Below are positions 12,850 through 27,439 of a DNA stretch of 64,000 bases, piece after piece; the first letter of the stretch is position 1, and each line of letters starts with the position of its first letter. The notes under the pieces are model-generated. The model worked only from the letters and a program-made list of their open reading frames with translations. It was not told the DNA's origin and did not search any database. This stretch comes from Octopus sinensis (Eukaryota), in contig NC_043008.1 in NCBI RefSeq assembly GCF_006345805.1, positions 69,130,001 through 69,194,000 of the forward strand, written 5' to 3'. The translations under genes and the position numbers were made by a program.

Positions 12850-12904
12850 ATTATTATAATTATTATTGTTGTTGTTGTTGTTATTGTTGTTTTTCTTAAT
12901 ATAT

Positions 12905-13100
12905 TCCGCTGGCAGAATCGTTAGCACGCCAGACAAAATGCTTGTTGATAGTTCGTCCCTCTTTACGTTCTGAGTTCAAATTCCGCTGCTGTCAATTTGC
13001 TTTTCATCCTTTCGGGGGTATATAGAATTAGAACGAGGGGTCGATGTAATCGATTAACACCCTGCCCCCAAATTTCACACCTTGTGCTTATATTAAAAAA
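12905..13100 (+). mobile_element. SINE family A
   Basis: ctggcagaatcgttagcacgccagac...ttacgttctgagttcaaattccgc. Confidence 0.85.
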
Positions 13101-13114
13101 TTCCTATTATAAGG

Positions 13115-13335
13115 CTTCTTCTTCTTCTTCTTCTTCTTCTTCTTCTTCTTCTTCTTCTTCTTCTTCTTCTTCTTCTTCTTCTTCTTCTTCTTCTTCTTCT
13201 TCTCCTTCTCCTTCTTCTTCTTCTTCTTCTTCTTCTTCTTCTTCTTCTTCTTCTTCTTCTCCTCTTCCTCCTCCTCCTCCTCCTCCTCCTTCTTCTTCTT
13301 CTTCTTATTGTTATTATCATTATTATTATTATTAC

Positions 13336-13386
<51 letters not shown>

Positions 13387-13410
13387 CATTATTATTATTA
13401 TTATTGCTGT
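13115..13410. repeat. (CTT)n(CCT)n(TTA)n microsatellite
   Basis: Direct; source of the poly-S/K/R ORFs. Confidence 0.97.
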
Positions 13411-13700
13411 TGCTTTTACTAACAAACCCCACAGGTTACATATTTACATTCCGAGGTACATGTACACTAACAACATAATAACTTCCATGTTTTGGTCAAA
13501 AGGAAGCAAGCCAAAATATGTCTATTACTGAGCATTGATTTCTCAATCTTTCTTTGATCATGAGATTAGTATGAAACACTTCTATCTCTCATAGCTACAC
13601 CTTTGTACATCATAGACAAGCCCTTAATAAATACCGGTGTGGATGTTTGATTACACTCCTTATTCTCAGTTTTCTTTTGGTGGATGCTGTATAATGATGA

Positions 13701-13703
<3 letters not shown>

Positions 13704-13797
<94 letters not shown>

Positions 13798-13798
13798 A

Positions 13799-13830
<32 letters not shown>

Positions 13831-13872
13831 TTATCTATCTATCATCTATCTATCTATCTATCTATCTATCTA

Positions 13873-13911
<39 letters not shown>

Positions 13912-13912
13912 A

Positions 13913-13976
<64 letters not shown>

Positions 13977-14000
13977 TTATCTATCTATTTATCTATCTAT
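13704..14000. repeat. (ATCT)n/(GTCT)n tetranucleotide array
   Basis: Direct. Confidence 0.97.
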
Positions 14001-14997
14001 GTGAGTGTGTGTATATCTATGTATGTATATGTGTGTTTGTGTGATTGTGTTAGAAGGGGAGATAGTGTCAGGGTTCACGAGTTCTTCAACGTTGACAGAC
14101 CACTGGATGTACGAGGAAAGTCCCTGGTGTTTCTGCCCCCAATTGGCATCGTCAAAACGACGATTGCCCTACCCTATCTCAAGGGACATACGCATATTCA
14201 AAAAGAGTGCGACTCATTTCTGGCTTCGGTAATATGCATAATTGAAATAAAAATAATTCAGGATGGCTAGTGGAATGTATGTAAGCAACACAAAAAATAC
14301 AGGTATATCGAAAAATATACAGCATACATTCTTAGTACATTAAAACTATCCCTAGAGCGTATAATGTATCGTGGGTGTGATAGAATAACGGAAAGGAAAT
14401 TGAGACAAACTCCATATGAAAAGGGGTCATAATTTCGAGAAGCAAGAATTCTTCAACGTTGACATGCGATCGATGACAAGCTTATTTTTATGTATGTATG
14501 TATGTATGTATGTATGTATGTATGTATGTATGTATGTATGTATGTATGTATGTATGTATGTATGTACGTACACACACACACACACGCACTCACACACATA
14601 TAGGTTGTTGTGTCTACGGAGAGTCATTCTCTTTTTGTGCCATATTATTTAACACACCGATTTAGTTTCCACACATTTAGTTATATTTTCTAAAGTGTTC
14701 ATTCCATCTTGCAACATTTTCAATAGTCGTTGGCTCTGTCCGTTCTCTGAGCTGCGTTCTACTTGTTTGTGCGCATGTGTGTGTATGTATGTATGTATGT
14801 ATGTACGTGCTTCTGTTAAGTATGGATGTGTGTCTCCATATGTGTCGTTATGTGAAGTGTGCATGTGTGTATATGGCCATGTGTTTCAGTCTCCTTTTGC
14901 GTATGTATGTGTGCTTGTCTGTTCATACTACCAATGTATCTATCTGTATGTCTATCTGTTTACATTCATATACATTTACCTACTTATATATGCATAC

Positions 14998-15030
<33 letters not shown>

Positions 15031-15449
15031 ATATATAATATATATATATATATGTATATATATACACACACGTCTATATACAGTCCACCAACTATTCTGC
15101 CTCTCTCTATATATCCGTTAGCGTTACTTCTGCGCACGTCTTAATGTTGTCTCAGCCAAAAGGCCTTTATACGTGTGTATATGATTATATAACACCTACC
15201 TTTGTCGGTTTCCATTGTCTTGTCCTTATTATGTCGTTGTCTATCATTTGTTTATGGTCTCGTTTCCGTCCTTTATATCCACTTACTTATCCCAACACCA
15301 TTATGAACAATATTAATTATAATAGCGCGAAATCGAGTAATTCTCGATAACTGATGAGGGTTGAGTGTGTTCAAATCTTGCGTGTTTTTGCCGTCCTTCC
15401 CCCACCCCATCTGTGCAATTTTTTACTCTTATTATTTAATGTAAAGAAG

Positions 15450-15670
15450 GCTGCCAAGTAGCAGAATTGTTAGCACACTGGGCAAAATGTTTAGTGGCAT
15501 TTAATCTGTCTTTACGTTCTGGGCAGAATTTTGGTCGAAGTCAACTTTCCGTGTCACCCTATCGAAGTCAATAAAGGTAAGTACTAGCTGAGCAGTAGGT
15601 TAGATGAAATCGACTTATCTCACCATTGAGACTCGTCGGCTTTATGCCAAAATTTGATATCATTATTTAA
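15450..15670 (+). mobile_element. SINE family A, diverged
   Basis: gcagaattgttagcacactgggcaaaatg...ttacgttctg...gtcaacttt...gtactag. Confidence 0.7.
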
Positions 15671-17030
15671 TGTACCACCATACACCCTCCGTCTTTGTTC
15701 TCACTCTTAGTGGCACCCCACCCTGTGGGTAACATTTTGTGCGACACACACACGCGCGCGCGCACACACGCTCACTTTCTCTCTCTTTCATTTCTATCTT
15801 TCTTTCTTTCTTCTCTTATCACCTCACCTCTCTCTATTGCTTTCTCTGTCTTTCCCTTTCATTTCTCCGTTTCTCCATCGTTCTCCTCTCTTCTTCTGGG
15901 CTCCTTTGTTTATCTCCACAATCCCTTCTATCTCTACCCACATTTCTTTCTTTCTATCTGTCTCCTTCTCTCTTTACTTAGTTTCCATTTCTTCCCCTCT
16001 CCACCTTGGTCAACTATCATTGTCTTTCTTTTCTCCTCTCTCTCTCTCTCTCTCCTTCCTCACAACCCTCTTCCTTCGTATCAGTTCTTTCCTAGCTTTG
16101 TACACTCCTCTTGTTTCGCTTTTCCCTGCTCTCCTTCCTCTTCGTACGACCCTTTAGTCTCTCCCTTTGTCCTTCATTACTCGTTTTTCTCTCTGCCCAC
16201 TTCTTTTTCGGTACCACATGACCTAACCGTTTCTTCCTTCCCCCACCCTTTCGTTTCTGGACTGCAGACTCGTTCAGACGTTCTCTCTTGCGTTCTCGCC
16301 TTAGCATTTACGTTCAGCTTCGGTTTCGTCTTATTTTGCTACATTTCACTCAATTTTCTTCTTTCTTTCCACATTTCTTTTTATCTTTCTATCTTTCTCT
16401 CTCCTTTTGAATTCCTATAGGAGATCCTTTTCCATTAGAGACAAGACCTTCTGCAAAGGTCTTGTTTAATGCTGTCTCTGTACCGAGAGCTCTTTATATG
16501 TCTGTACATATTTATATTTATAACAACGACTTATCCTTATTCTTGTACTTATGCCATGGTTTATCGTTTGTTTAGATTTTCGTCGCCGTCTTTCATCTCC
16601 GCTCACTTAACACAGCAACAGTTTTCTGCTGACTCCAGGTAATAAACAATCTTACCGATAATGGAACGAATTTTTGGTCGATGACTGATGAAGACCATAT
16701 CCACGTCTTGTGTGTGTGCGTGTGTGTGGGTGTGTGTGTTTCCTGTGTGTTCCTTCGCCATCCTTCTGTGCACCATTTTACTCTGAGTGTCTGCCTGTCC
16801 GTCCGTCTGTCTGTCTGCCTGACTGTCAGTCTGTCTCTGTTTCTTTCTCTCTTTCTTTCTCTTTCTCTCTCCCCTGTTTCTCTCTGTCTCTCTCTATATA
16901 TATAAACTGGAACGTCAGGTGGGAGCTAAAGGAAGATTACCAAAAAACGCACCATCAGAAGGAACCAGCCTTGGCTTTTTACACAGAGAAATTCGGTATC
17001 TACCTGGATATTATATCCCACCCACTTACG

Positions 17031-17094
<64 letters not shown>

Positions 17095-17108
17095 GTGTGG
17101 TGTGTGTG

Positions 17109-17177
<69 letters not shown>

Positions 17178-17479
17178 GTGTGTGTGTATGTATGTAATTT
17201 CCAAAACGTTAAGACAATTTTTCTCCTTCCAATAAATTGTTCTACTGATTCCGTATTTGTTAGACTTTGTCCTACCTGTGCTGTTTTTATGATTCAGTGT
17301 AATTACATTACACAAAACACGCACGCCTGCCCGCACACACTTACATGCTCACGTATACATACATATATATATATATATTTGCTTCTGTGTATATGTGTGT
17401 GTAAATATCAAGGAAAATCGCTTCGTATTAGAATGAACTGAGTAGTCAGATAAACTATGATTGGTCAATTTTTTCATTA

Positions 17480-19000
17480 TATAAGCATTCCATTTGATCT
17501 GGTCCTATCATTTTACAGATTTATTTTAGAAGCGTTTTCTGCTTAGACATTGGTCTTCTGCAGCGAAAATTAGATTTTGCACTTTTACCTCCAGTCCAAA
17601 TCTTTTCAACCATTGTTACCTCCAATGTTGAATCATTCACGTCCTCTTTACTCTGACGCACAGATTAGTAACAGCGGAGATTTCTGTTTTCAATTTACTA
17701 ATTTCTCCAGCTGCACTTTGATTACATCACCTCTTATTTGTTATTTTCATCGGTTTTTGTTCTCCTCTAAACATTTTACCTGATAGTAATTAGTGTCTAA
17801 TTTCTGCTTCATTGTTGCTTTATGTAATGAGAGATTTTTGTTCGTTTGTTTCATGTCTCTTCAGCAAACTAATTAGTTTACATTTTCAGGCTTCTAGGTA
17901 TTTTTTCGAGATCTGGTGAGGTTACTTTGTAATATTTCTCTATTTGCATTAGACAATACCTACCTCATACTATATACTCGTATATTCCGATATATTTTTA
18001 TCTATTTTCATTGGCTATAATGTGATAGGTTTGGAATCTAGTGAGTAGTTTTCTTCTGTTCCTATCAAATTTCTTCAGTTCGCTTAACTTCCAATTGATC
18101 ATATTAAAGTTGTAGTTTATAACTAGGATGGTTAGACTATTTATATCTATAATCTTATATTTCTGGCATTCAGTCCAGATTTTCATATTAGTCTGACTTT
18201 TCTGTTATACACGTTTTTAATTTTCTTCGACATTTCTGTGTGTCGTATCTTATCAGATTCATCTGCTCCTAACTCTTGTATCATTGGTTCGGTTCCAATT
18301 CTCTGATTTCACTATCGAAATCTCACATAATATTGTAAGTTATTTATTATTATTATTTGCCTTTTATTAGAGAAACTTTAAATATTTGTCTCTATCATAA
18401 TCATTTTCATATCCTAACAGAATTCACGTATAGTTTTATGTTGGCACCCCAGCAGGTTGTTTGCATTGCTAACCAGTTTAAATAATCTAAATAGAGGAGA
18501 CTGTTTATCGTTTCTCCATAGCGTATGTAATATCTGATTTGATTCAGCAGATTTATTTATGGAGTGAGGGCTCGATTCATAATATGCATATCATAGATAA
18601 ATCTCATGTTCTTTTTACAATCTTCAAGCAGAGAATCTAAGTCGGTGAGCAAGGGTTCTTTGAGGTTGCTTCTTTGGCACAGTAATCCAGCATTTTAATT
18701 AGGATTTAATGAGTTCCTAATAATTTGTCTTGTAACAGTGGTGGTCCTGTTCGACTTTGAATCCCAAACTTCAATAATTCAACCATTATTTCATTTTCAG
18801 TCTTATTATACATGTGGCCCAATTTCAAATATTCCGTGCTCCACACACTTGACATTTCTCAATCATCTCTTCTACTCGCTCATAACCTCTGTAATCACAC
18901 AGAAATGTTATATTAAGCATATGCAGTGCATTTATTTACCTTTTCGTTCATGGTGACAATGCGTAGCCTTGTTGCTTCAATCATTTCATTACAATTGAAT
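17480..19000 (-). mobile_element. R4/Dong-like retrotransposon relic (pre-RT into RT)
   Basis: Minus-strand LEDCKKNMRFIYD...ALTP resembles LE.CK...KNLSMAWIDYRKAFDSVPH; very decayed. Confidence 0.45.
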
Positions 19001-19561
19001 GCTGAACTTCCATAGCATCTTAACATTCTCATGTTCTTCTTTTCATTAGATTGATATTTGCCTCACACATCTGCTGTGCCTAAATTGTATTTTTTTATAT
19101 AGTTTCCAATGAACAAAGCATGCAATGCAGTTGTGCATCGTTTCGTATTCTCTTTGTGCAAGTTTACTGATTTCGCTCACTATGCTTTCACCTTTTCAAG
19201 CACAAAGTCTATATAACAATGATTCCACGTTCATATCGACGTGACTTTTCACAGGGTTTCTTCTAAGTTTTTGTTCTTGTGTTACACAAACCAACAATTA
19301 TTGAATGTGCCGTGCACGTATCGACAAAGGTTGAAAACTAAACCCCTAAACAGTCGATAGACCTGCTAGATAAAGCAGCGAAATCCTTCTCAAATTACAT
19401 CCCAATGTCTTATAATAAACATCAAAATCCGTCAAAGAAACAAGCTCACATTGGATCATATGGTACGGCTTACATTGTGCTTAGTAATAAAGGCTACGTG
19501 TGGAACTTGTCTGTTTTGTCAAATTGACCTCGGGCTAAACATCCACAATAACTAGCAATTT

Positions 19562-19779
19562 TATCGATAATCCTCGCTCCGTGTGTGTTTTACTACAATA
19601 GAAATAAAGTGGAATTTTATAAAAACTATGAAAAAATTGATAAAAAACAAAAATATTTCACATTTTTCGAGAATAAATGTTAGTAATTCCAACTGACTTC
19701 CCCTGAAGTCGTCACTTCCGGTTGTTATTGTTCCTCAAGCAGTTACGTCTTTCAAAAGTCGAATAATTTGACTAAAAAA
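19562..19779 (+). promoter_or_regulatory. Candidate promoter (ETS site CACTTCCGG, TATCGATA element)
   Basis: CACTTCCGG at 19713-19721 and TATCGATA at 19562-19569, just upstream of aaaaATGG at 19780. Confidence 0.4.
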
Positions 19780-19857
19780 ATGGCCGAAACAACAAAAGGT
19801 CTGAATATTTTCTTTGCATCGCAACCTTTGATTACAGATCCGCATGGCCAAGGAAAG
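19780..19857 (+). CDS. Candidate first coding exon, MAETTKGLNIFFASQPLITDPHGQGK, unknown protein
   Basis: aaaATGG start, 26 open codons ending at AAG|GTGAAA (phase 0); sequence becomes low-complexity GGT/GTT soon after the donor. Confidence 0.4.
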
Positions 19858-20299
19858 GTGAAATATGGCAGTGCTAATGATGGGAATGGTGTTGGTGGTA
19901 ATTGTGTTAAAGGGGTATGTTAATAGAGGGGTTTGTTGTTGTTGTTGTTGTCGATATCAGCTGGCGCATGCTATAAAGGTTTTACATGATTAAGGATGAT
20001 ACGTTATTAGCGATGGTGATAGTGGTGCAGGAGAATGAGAGTCGATATGGTGGTGATAGCATTAGTGGTTGTGGCGGTGTTAGTGGTGGTTGTAGTAGAA
20101 GAGTGGTAATGCTAGAAAAGTGGTGGTGATTGTGATAATGGAATTTGTGTTGGCAATAGTAGCGATATGAACGTAACGCTGGTGATATTATTTCAGAAGT
20201 GCATTGCGTCCATTTTTTTTTTTTTGTGTTCGGAGTTCAGATTCCATCGAGGTCGATGAAATAAATCCCAGTAAAGTACTGGGGTCGATGTAATCGACT

Positions 20300-21090
<791 letters not shown>

Positions 21091-21206
21091 TGGTTTTGTT
21101 TTGTTAATATTAATATCGATTAATGTTAATGTCATATGTCATTGTTTTTATATGGTGTAGTCATTGGGGAAGAAGGCAGCTCCCACGACCGGGTACTCCA
21201 CGACTT

Positions 21207-21255
<49 letters not shown>

Positions 21256-21619
21256 GAGAGAAAGGGGGATGGTATTGGTGAAGACAAATACCAAGACTCA
21301 GCCCTTGCTACAGAGTTAAGTTGTGCAGACAAAAGACCTGTTTAGACTTTTCGCAACCAACAGAGTGAACTTTAACAGAGGTACACAAGGAGAAGATAAT
21401 ACCGATTAAATGGATTAAATACTCAGGTACTCTCCATCTCATAGACTTCCTCATAATTTCTATCCATGTATAATTTCGTTCATAAAACTGGCTATGTTAA
21501 AAGAGATGTTAAAAAAGATGCTTTATTAACCATTCGCTTACTTATGATGTCTGTGTGGTTCTTATTATTGCTCGTCTTGTGTTATTGTTCTTATTTTCGT
21601 TGATGTTACAGTGTTTTAT

Positions 21620-23680
21620 AGAAGCTGTTCCAAGTCTCAGCTAGAGACCTCCAGTAACTGCAGTCTGAACGTTTTTGTATGCAATGTTATTCATGAGTAG
21701 TAATGATATCTTGCAGGAGAAGGCGAGCAAATACTGAAAATTAAGATTTTGCATAAAGCATGTTATAATATTTACAATTTTGGAAGAATATAAAAGATTC
21801 AGATATACTTAGGATGTGAGGAAAACCAACGTAAACAATTTTTTTGTACTTCTGATACTTTGGATTTTCCATAGTGTTTAGGAGGAAGATTCGATGTCCT
21901 TAAATCTCCTATATTCATAGGTACAACTGCTCTTAGACACCACATTTTTGAAACATCTGTTTCAAGGTCCTTGTATTATTTAAACTTTCAAACGTTTTCA
22001 CTGAGGTGATGCAGTGGGTTGGGATTGACATATATCAGAGCAAACATGCTTTGTCAATATAATTTTTCTCCGCAGTATTTGACGTGTTGACCTGAATAGC
22101 TCGATTACTTTATATACAAAAGTTCCAAACAACAGTGATCTTTTTATTTTATACTACTTTGTCGGGTTGATGTTCCCACTAGTTCTTCACATATGGGTGT
22201 CCAAACAGTGCGAATACTGATGAAGTCCGTCATGGCGATTACTGTATTCACTTGAAACCAATAAAGACCATACAAAGATGAGGTAGTCAATTGTTTCCCT
22301 GGTTGTTCCAGAAAACAAGTAGGATCAACAGATATTTAAGAATATTGGCTTGGTAGTTTCTAATTGGTAGATACTGATCCTGTGGTGCTACAATGAAGCC
22401 CTTTCTTTCTGAAGTAAGTTCAGATGCAGCCAACACCTGATGGATCGCCTTTATATCAATATTACGATCAGCTCGCAGCAATTATCCTTTCGTGGGATGT
22501 AAAGTCTGTCTACATCTGCCTTTGGGTTATGCATGGCGTATATTGTGAGAAAGTTGCGTATTTGTGTGTCAGTTTATTTATCTCATTACTCAACTATTTT
22601 ATGATATCAGGGCTGTAATATCACAGCAGGTACAACCAGAGTATTGATTGCATCAACACTGCTTCTCGAATTAAGTTAGCTTTTTATGAGACCTCTAACT
22701 TTGTGATAGTATCCTGTTCCTATTTTCTTGCGCGTCTGTGGGTGCTGGATACCAGCATCTTCACACACATCAAAAAATTATAATCCCTCGATTATGGAAG
22801 ATTTGTCTAGCTGTACGCCGTAAGTTTTTCAAGAGTTTTCCTTTAAAGCATGTCTTTAGCACATTAATCAAAGCCAAATCCCATTTTTGCAAATGTTGAT
22901 GATGTATCCTCGCACACACGCACACACACACACGCACACACACACACATACACACACACACACACACTCATACGCACACAATCATACGCACACACTCATA
23001 CGCACACACTCATACACAAACACACACACACACATATATTACTGCAGTCAAAAGCAGTTCCAGTTGTTGACTGACATATTCTATAGACTGTATTCATGTC
23101 TTGTGTCATTTAACAGCTTGCTTAAGAAAAAGAGAACCGTATAAACGGGAATTGGCGATAGTGAGTCACTTTTCAAAATATCATAGCTTATAACATCATC
23201 CGTGTTCGCAGAGCCGGATTCTGCATTCAGTATTTGAATTATCTTCTAGAGCTTCAGACTGTTTGACAGAAAATTACCAATAACCGGAGAGATTTTATAG
23301 ATTTCCAAGCATTTCTCAATCCACCTTTGGGGAATGCTATCAAATTCTTGCTTTTGTAATCATGAATTTCTAGGTCGATTGTGACAGTTCTCCAGAAACC
23401 ATTATATTGATTACAAGTTGGTTTTTACACCAATATAAGCCACATTTACATCCTTTTAGGAAGGCATGTGTATATTCAGTAATGATGGATGTTAGTATTT
23501 TACACATGGTCGTAAAGAATGTTACTGGCCGACAATTTGTAAAGTTATTAGCTTTCATCAGTTGCGGAGAGTGAGTTACTCCATTACCTGTCAGCGAGTG
23601 ACCTTTTTCCGAAATTACGCATGACGTTATTGTACAGGTAAGTCCATCTCTCTTGGGAATCAGGTAGGGCATTAAGACAG
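21620..23680 (-). mobile_element. R4/Dong-like retrotransposon relic (RT to 3' end), interrupted by (CA)n
   Basis: NCRPVTFFTTMCKILTSII...KGCK.G.YWCKNQLVINIM (RT) and HQVLAASELTSERKGFIVAPQDQYLPIRNYQANI (cf. HQWL..S.LKAETEGFI.AAQDQ.L.TRNYQANI). Confidence 0.8.
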
Positions 23681-23743
23681 AAGCTAAGGATTATATATTT
23701 GCTTTCTTAATATGTTCAGTTCCTCTAAGGCGGCAAGCAGGCA

Positions 23744-24371
23744 CCCCGGACTAAATACTTAGTAGCATTTCTTCCGACTTTACGTCCTGAGTTCGAATTA
23801 CACCGAGATCATCTTTGCCTTTCATCCTTTGGTGGTGGACAAAATAAGTATCTATTTCTTTCCTACCCACAAGGGGCTAAACACAGAGAGGACAAATAAG
23901 GACAGACAAACGGATTAAGTCGATTATGTCGACCCAAGTGAGTAACTGGTACTTAATTTATCGACCCCGAAAGGATGAAAGGCAAAGTCGACCTCGGCGG
24001 AATTTGAACTCAGAACGTAACGGCAGACGAAATACCTATTTCTTTATTTACCCACAAGGGGCTAAACACAGAGGGGACAAACAAAGACAGACAAACGGAT
24101 TAAGTCGATTATATCGACCCCAGTGCGTAACTGTACTTATTTAATCGACCCCGAAAGGATGAAAGGCAAAGTTGACCTTGGCGGAGTTTGAACTCAGAAC
24201 GTAACGGCAGACGAAATACCGCTAAGCATTTCGCCCAGCGTGCTAACGTTTCTGCCAGCTCGCCCCGGTCTAAATACTTAGTAGCATTTCTTCCGACTTT
24301 ACGTTCTGAGTTCGAATTCCATCGAGATCAATTTTGCCTTTTACCCTTTCGGGGTGGACAAAATAAGTATC
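23744..24371. mobile_element. Nested SINE A: minus-strand multimer (23853-24262) between two 109-bp direct repeats of an older plus-strand fragment
   Basis: Repeats 23744-23852 and 24263-24371 align with 10 substitutions by eye. Confidence 0.8.
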
Positions 24372-24699
24372 GTTTGGGCATTGGGAGTCGAAGTGCCAAA
24401 TTTTGATACGAATATGCTCAGTATCTCTGATTTGCTGATGAATCCAGACTGCATTGAATTGTGTTCTTTGAGATTCGACCAGATCGATTTCCAAAACTAT
24501 TGTACTTTTTCCTCTGTGGGTATGGCGGCGTTCTTCTTCTTCTTCTTCTTCTCTTCTTCTTCTTCTTCTTCTTCTTCTTCTTCTTCTTGCTGCTGCTGCT
24601 GCTACTACTACTACTACTACTACGTCTTCTTTTTCTTACTATTTATGACAGCAACAACAACAACAACAGTAGCAGCAGCAGCAACAATATTAGGTGGTT

Positions 24700-25770
24700 G
24701 ATCAGCAGAATCGTTAGCTCATCGGACAAAATGCTTAGCGGTTTTTCTTCCGTATTTTTACTCTCTGACTTCAAAGCCCGCCGGAGCCAACACTGCCTTT
24801 CATCATATTCGGGGTCGATTAAATAAAGCACCAGTCAAGCACCATGATCGTTATAATCGACTATACCTCCCCCTCCTCCCCTCCTCCCCTCCGTCTCATC
24901 CTCCCGTCCTCCTCCCTCTCCTAATGCTGCTAGCCTTGTGCCAAAATTTGAAACACTTCGTATTATATTCTTTGGTGACGGATTGGCAAAATTGTTAGTG
25001 CGTCGGAGTTCCTGTTCTTTCGCTTCTGACCTGAAATCTCATTAAGGTCCACTCTTTCTTTCATCCCAATGAAGTCGATAAAATAAGATACCAGTCAAAT
25101 CCTGAGGTAGAATGGAATCGAAAATGTCTTTTCTTCAAAATTGCTAATCTTCAACCTAAATTAGAGCATGCCACTACCATATTACGCAATAGATAGGCAG
25201 AATTGTTAGAACCTCGGAGGAAATGTCTTGCGTTATTTCTTCCGGTTCTGAGTTCAAATCCTGCTGGGGTGCATAAAATAATACGACAGTCAAAAATTTT
25301 GGACGTGTACTTAAATTAAAAAACTATTATTTGCTGCTACTTCTAATGTTGCTGTTTATATTATAGATTGCAGAAAGCATTTCATCCGTCCTTATGTTCT
25401 GAGTTCAAATTCCGCCAAAGTCGACTTTGTCTTTCATCTTTTAGGGGTTCAATAAAAGAAGAACCAGTTGAATACTGAGATCGATGTAATCAAAATTTGG
25501 AACTAATATTATAGATTGCATTGTAAGGTGGCGAACGGGCAGAATCATTAGTGCGCTGAGTAAAATGCATTGTGGGATCGCATCTGTTTTGATGTTCTGA
25601 ATTCAAATGATACTGAGGTCATCTATACTTTTCATCCTTTTGCGATCGATAAAAGAAGTACGAAATGAACACTGGGTTCGATGTAATCGGCTTACCCCCA
25701 ATACCTACACCCCACTCCCACTCGAAATTGCTAGCCTTGTGCCAACACTTGAAAGCAGTAAGCAATATTA
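24700..25770 (+). mobile_element. Cluster of five diverged SINE A copies in the same orientation
   Basis: Repeated gcagaat..ttag / gagttcaaat / gtcgat..aataag..ccag modules spaced roughly 170-270 bp apart. Confidence 0.75.
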
Positions 25771-26279
25771 AAGACAGCTGTGGATGTAGCGGTTGTTTAA
25801 CCCTAGGTCACTCCTTCTCAAGCAAACCTATGACCAAAGACCGACCTCTGCCTTAAAACCCGTCTTTCGTTTCCTTTTTATACGGCGGTGTATCATATGA
25901 AGTGAGATTCAGCTCGTATGTCTAACAAATAAAGTTGTCAAGTAGCGCCTTTCTCATTTGCTTCTTATTGATGTTATTTTTTTTGTAGTAGTAGTAGTAG
26001 TTGTTGTTGTTGTCTTCTTCTTCCAATCAAGACTCACGCCATTAGCCACAAAGAATAATCTCTAAATCGAGCCCACTCTAAGCGACCAAGAATGCGTGTT
26101 GCAACTTGAAGTTCCACCCACCACACAGGATAGACTGGCGGTTGCACGGGCACGAAAGCTAAGTTCTTATCCTCATTCCGTAAATAGTGGCTTTTAACGG
26201 GTGGAGAGCTGAACCATCCTGGGGTACAGAGGATTCGCAATCTAGACTAGGGTCTGAACGTTTACCACACCATAGTGGG

Positions 26280-26501
26280 TTACACCATGGTTCCTCTGCT
26301 TTGTGGCAGAAGTAGGAAGAAAGAATGAGAGAAAGATGTGGCGAAAGTGTACAGTGGTGTTACCACCCCTCCCCACCGGAGTCTCGTGGAACTTAAGTGT
26401 TTTTGCTCAATAAACACTCACAATGCCCTGTCTGGGAATCGAAACTGCGTCCTTACGACTGCGAGTCCGCTGCCCTAATCACTGGGCCATTGCGCCTCCA
26501 C
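26280..26501 (-). mobile_element. SINE family E 5' part (tRNA head)
   Basis: Reverse complement gtggaggcgcaatggcccagtgattagggcagcggactcgcag...gtttcgattcccagac: A and B boxes. Confidence 0.8.
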
Positions 26502-27304
26502 TGTTGTTTCTGTTGTTCTTGGTGAGGTTTTTTAATCCAGGATCAGCCTTGATCGAGCAAGCTTAAATTCAAACGGATTCTACTTGTGACATACTCACGT
26601 ATTTGCAGACATTGTCTACCGAGGACTACGTTTATGAATTGTCTCATATTTTTAAGATGACAGAGTGTTACATGAGGGTGATTTAGTTAATACATTTAGA
26701 GCATCGCCTGCTGAAGACGTGGACGTTCTTTCCGATTTTGATGTGGTAGCTGCTGCTGCTGCTACTACTACTGCTGCTGCTGCTGTTGTTGTTGTTGTTG
26801 TAGTTGTAGTGTCTTTATTATTTTATGAAATATATGTTTTGATTTGCTACGGTTTTTATTGCGTTTGAAGTTCGGCTTTGATGTTTGTTCTTTTCGATGC
26901 TTTTATTTTTGTAAAATTTTTGTCCGTATTTTGTGCTCTTTGTTTATTTTTAATGACATTATCATAGTAATGAGGTGGAGGAGAGAGAAGAGAAAGGGAG
27001 TGAGAGAGAGAGAGAGAGAAAATGAGAGAGAGAAAGAGTGACAAAGAGGGAGAGTGAAAGGTTATTTTGGAGAAAGCTAGAATTGGAAAAAGAGATATCG
27101 GGTGTGATTGAGACGTAGATAGAAAGATAGATAGATAGATTGATAGAGAGAGAGAAATAGACAGTTAGAAAGAGACAGAGAGAGAGGGAGATGGGGAGAT
27201 AGTGAGGAAGTGATAGCAAAGAATGAGGAAGATAGCAAAGGGGAAATATAGTGACTGATATATGTGTGTGTGTACGTGCGTGCGAGCATGTGTGTGAGTG
27301 CGTG

Positions 27305-27343
<39 letters not shown>

Positions 27344-27439
27344 GCGCATGCGTCTGCGTGTCCATGTGCGCGCGTGCGTGTGTTTGTAAATAAATATATA
27401 TGTCATCGTTTTTGTATAGGAATGATGGTTGAATTTTTT

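Noticed and set aside
14001-14480. Protein-like ORFs with a repeated EFFNVD segment
   Set aside because: Two frames are open with no motif; the duplicated ttcttcaacgttgaca and a tacgagg motif suggest a decayed DNA-transposon/MITE rather than exons.
15695-16420. 241-aa F/S/L-rich ORF
   Set aside because: Product of a pyrimidine-rich tract that cannot easily encode stops.
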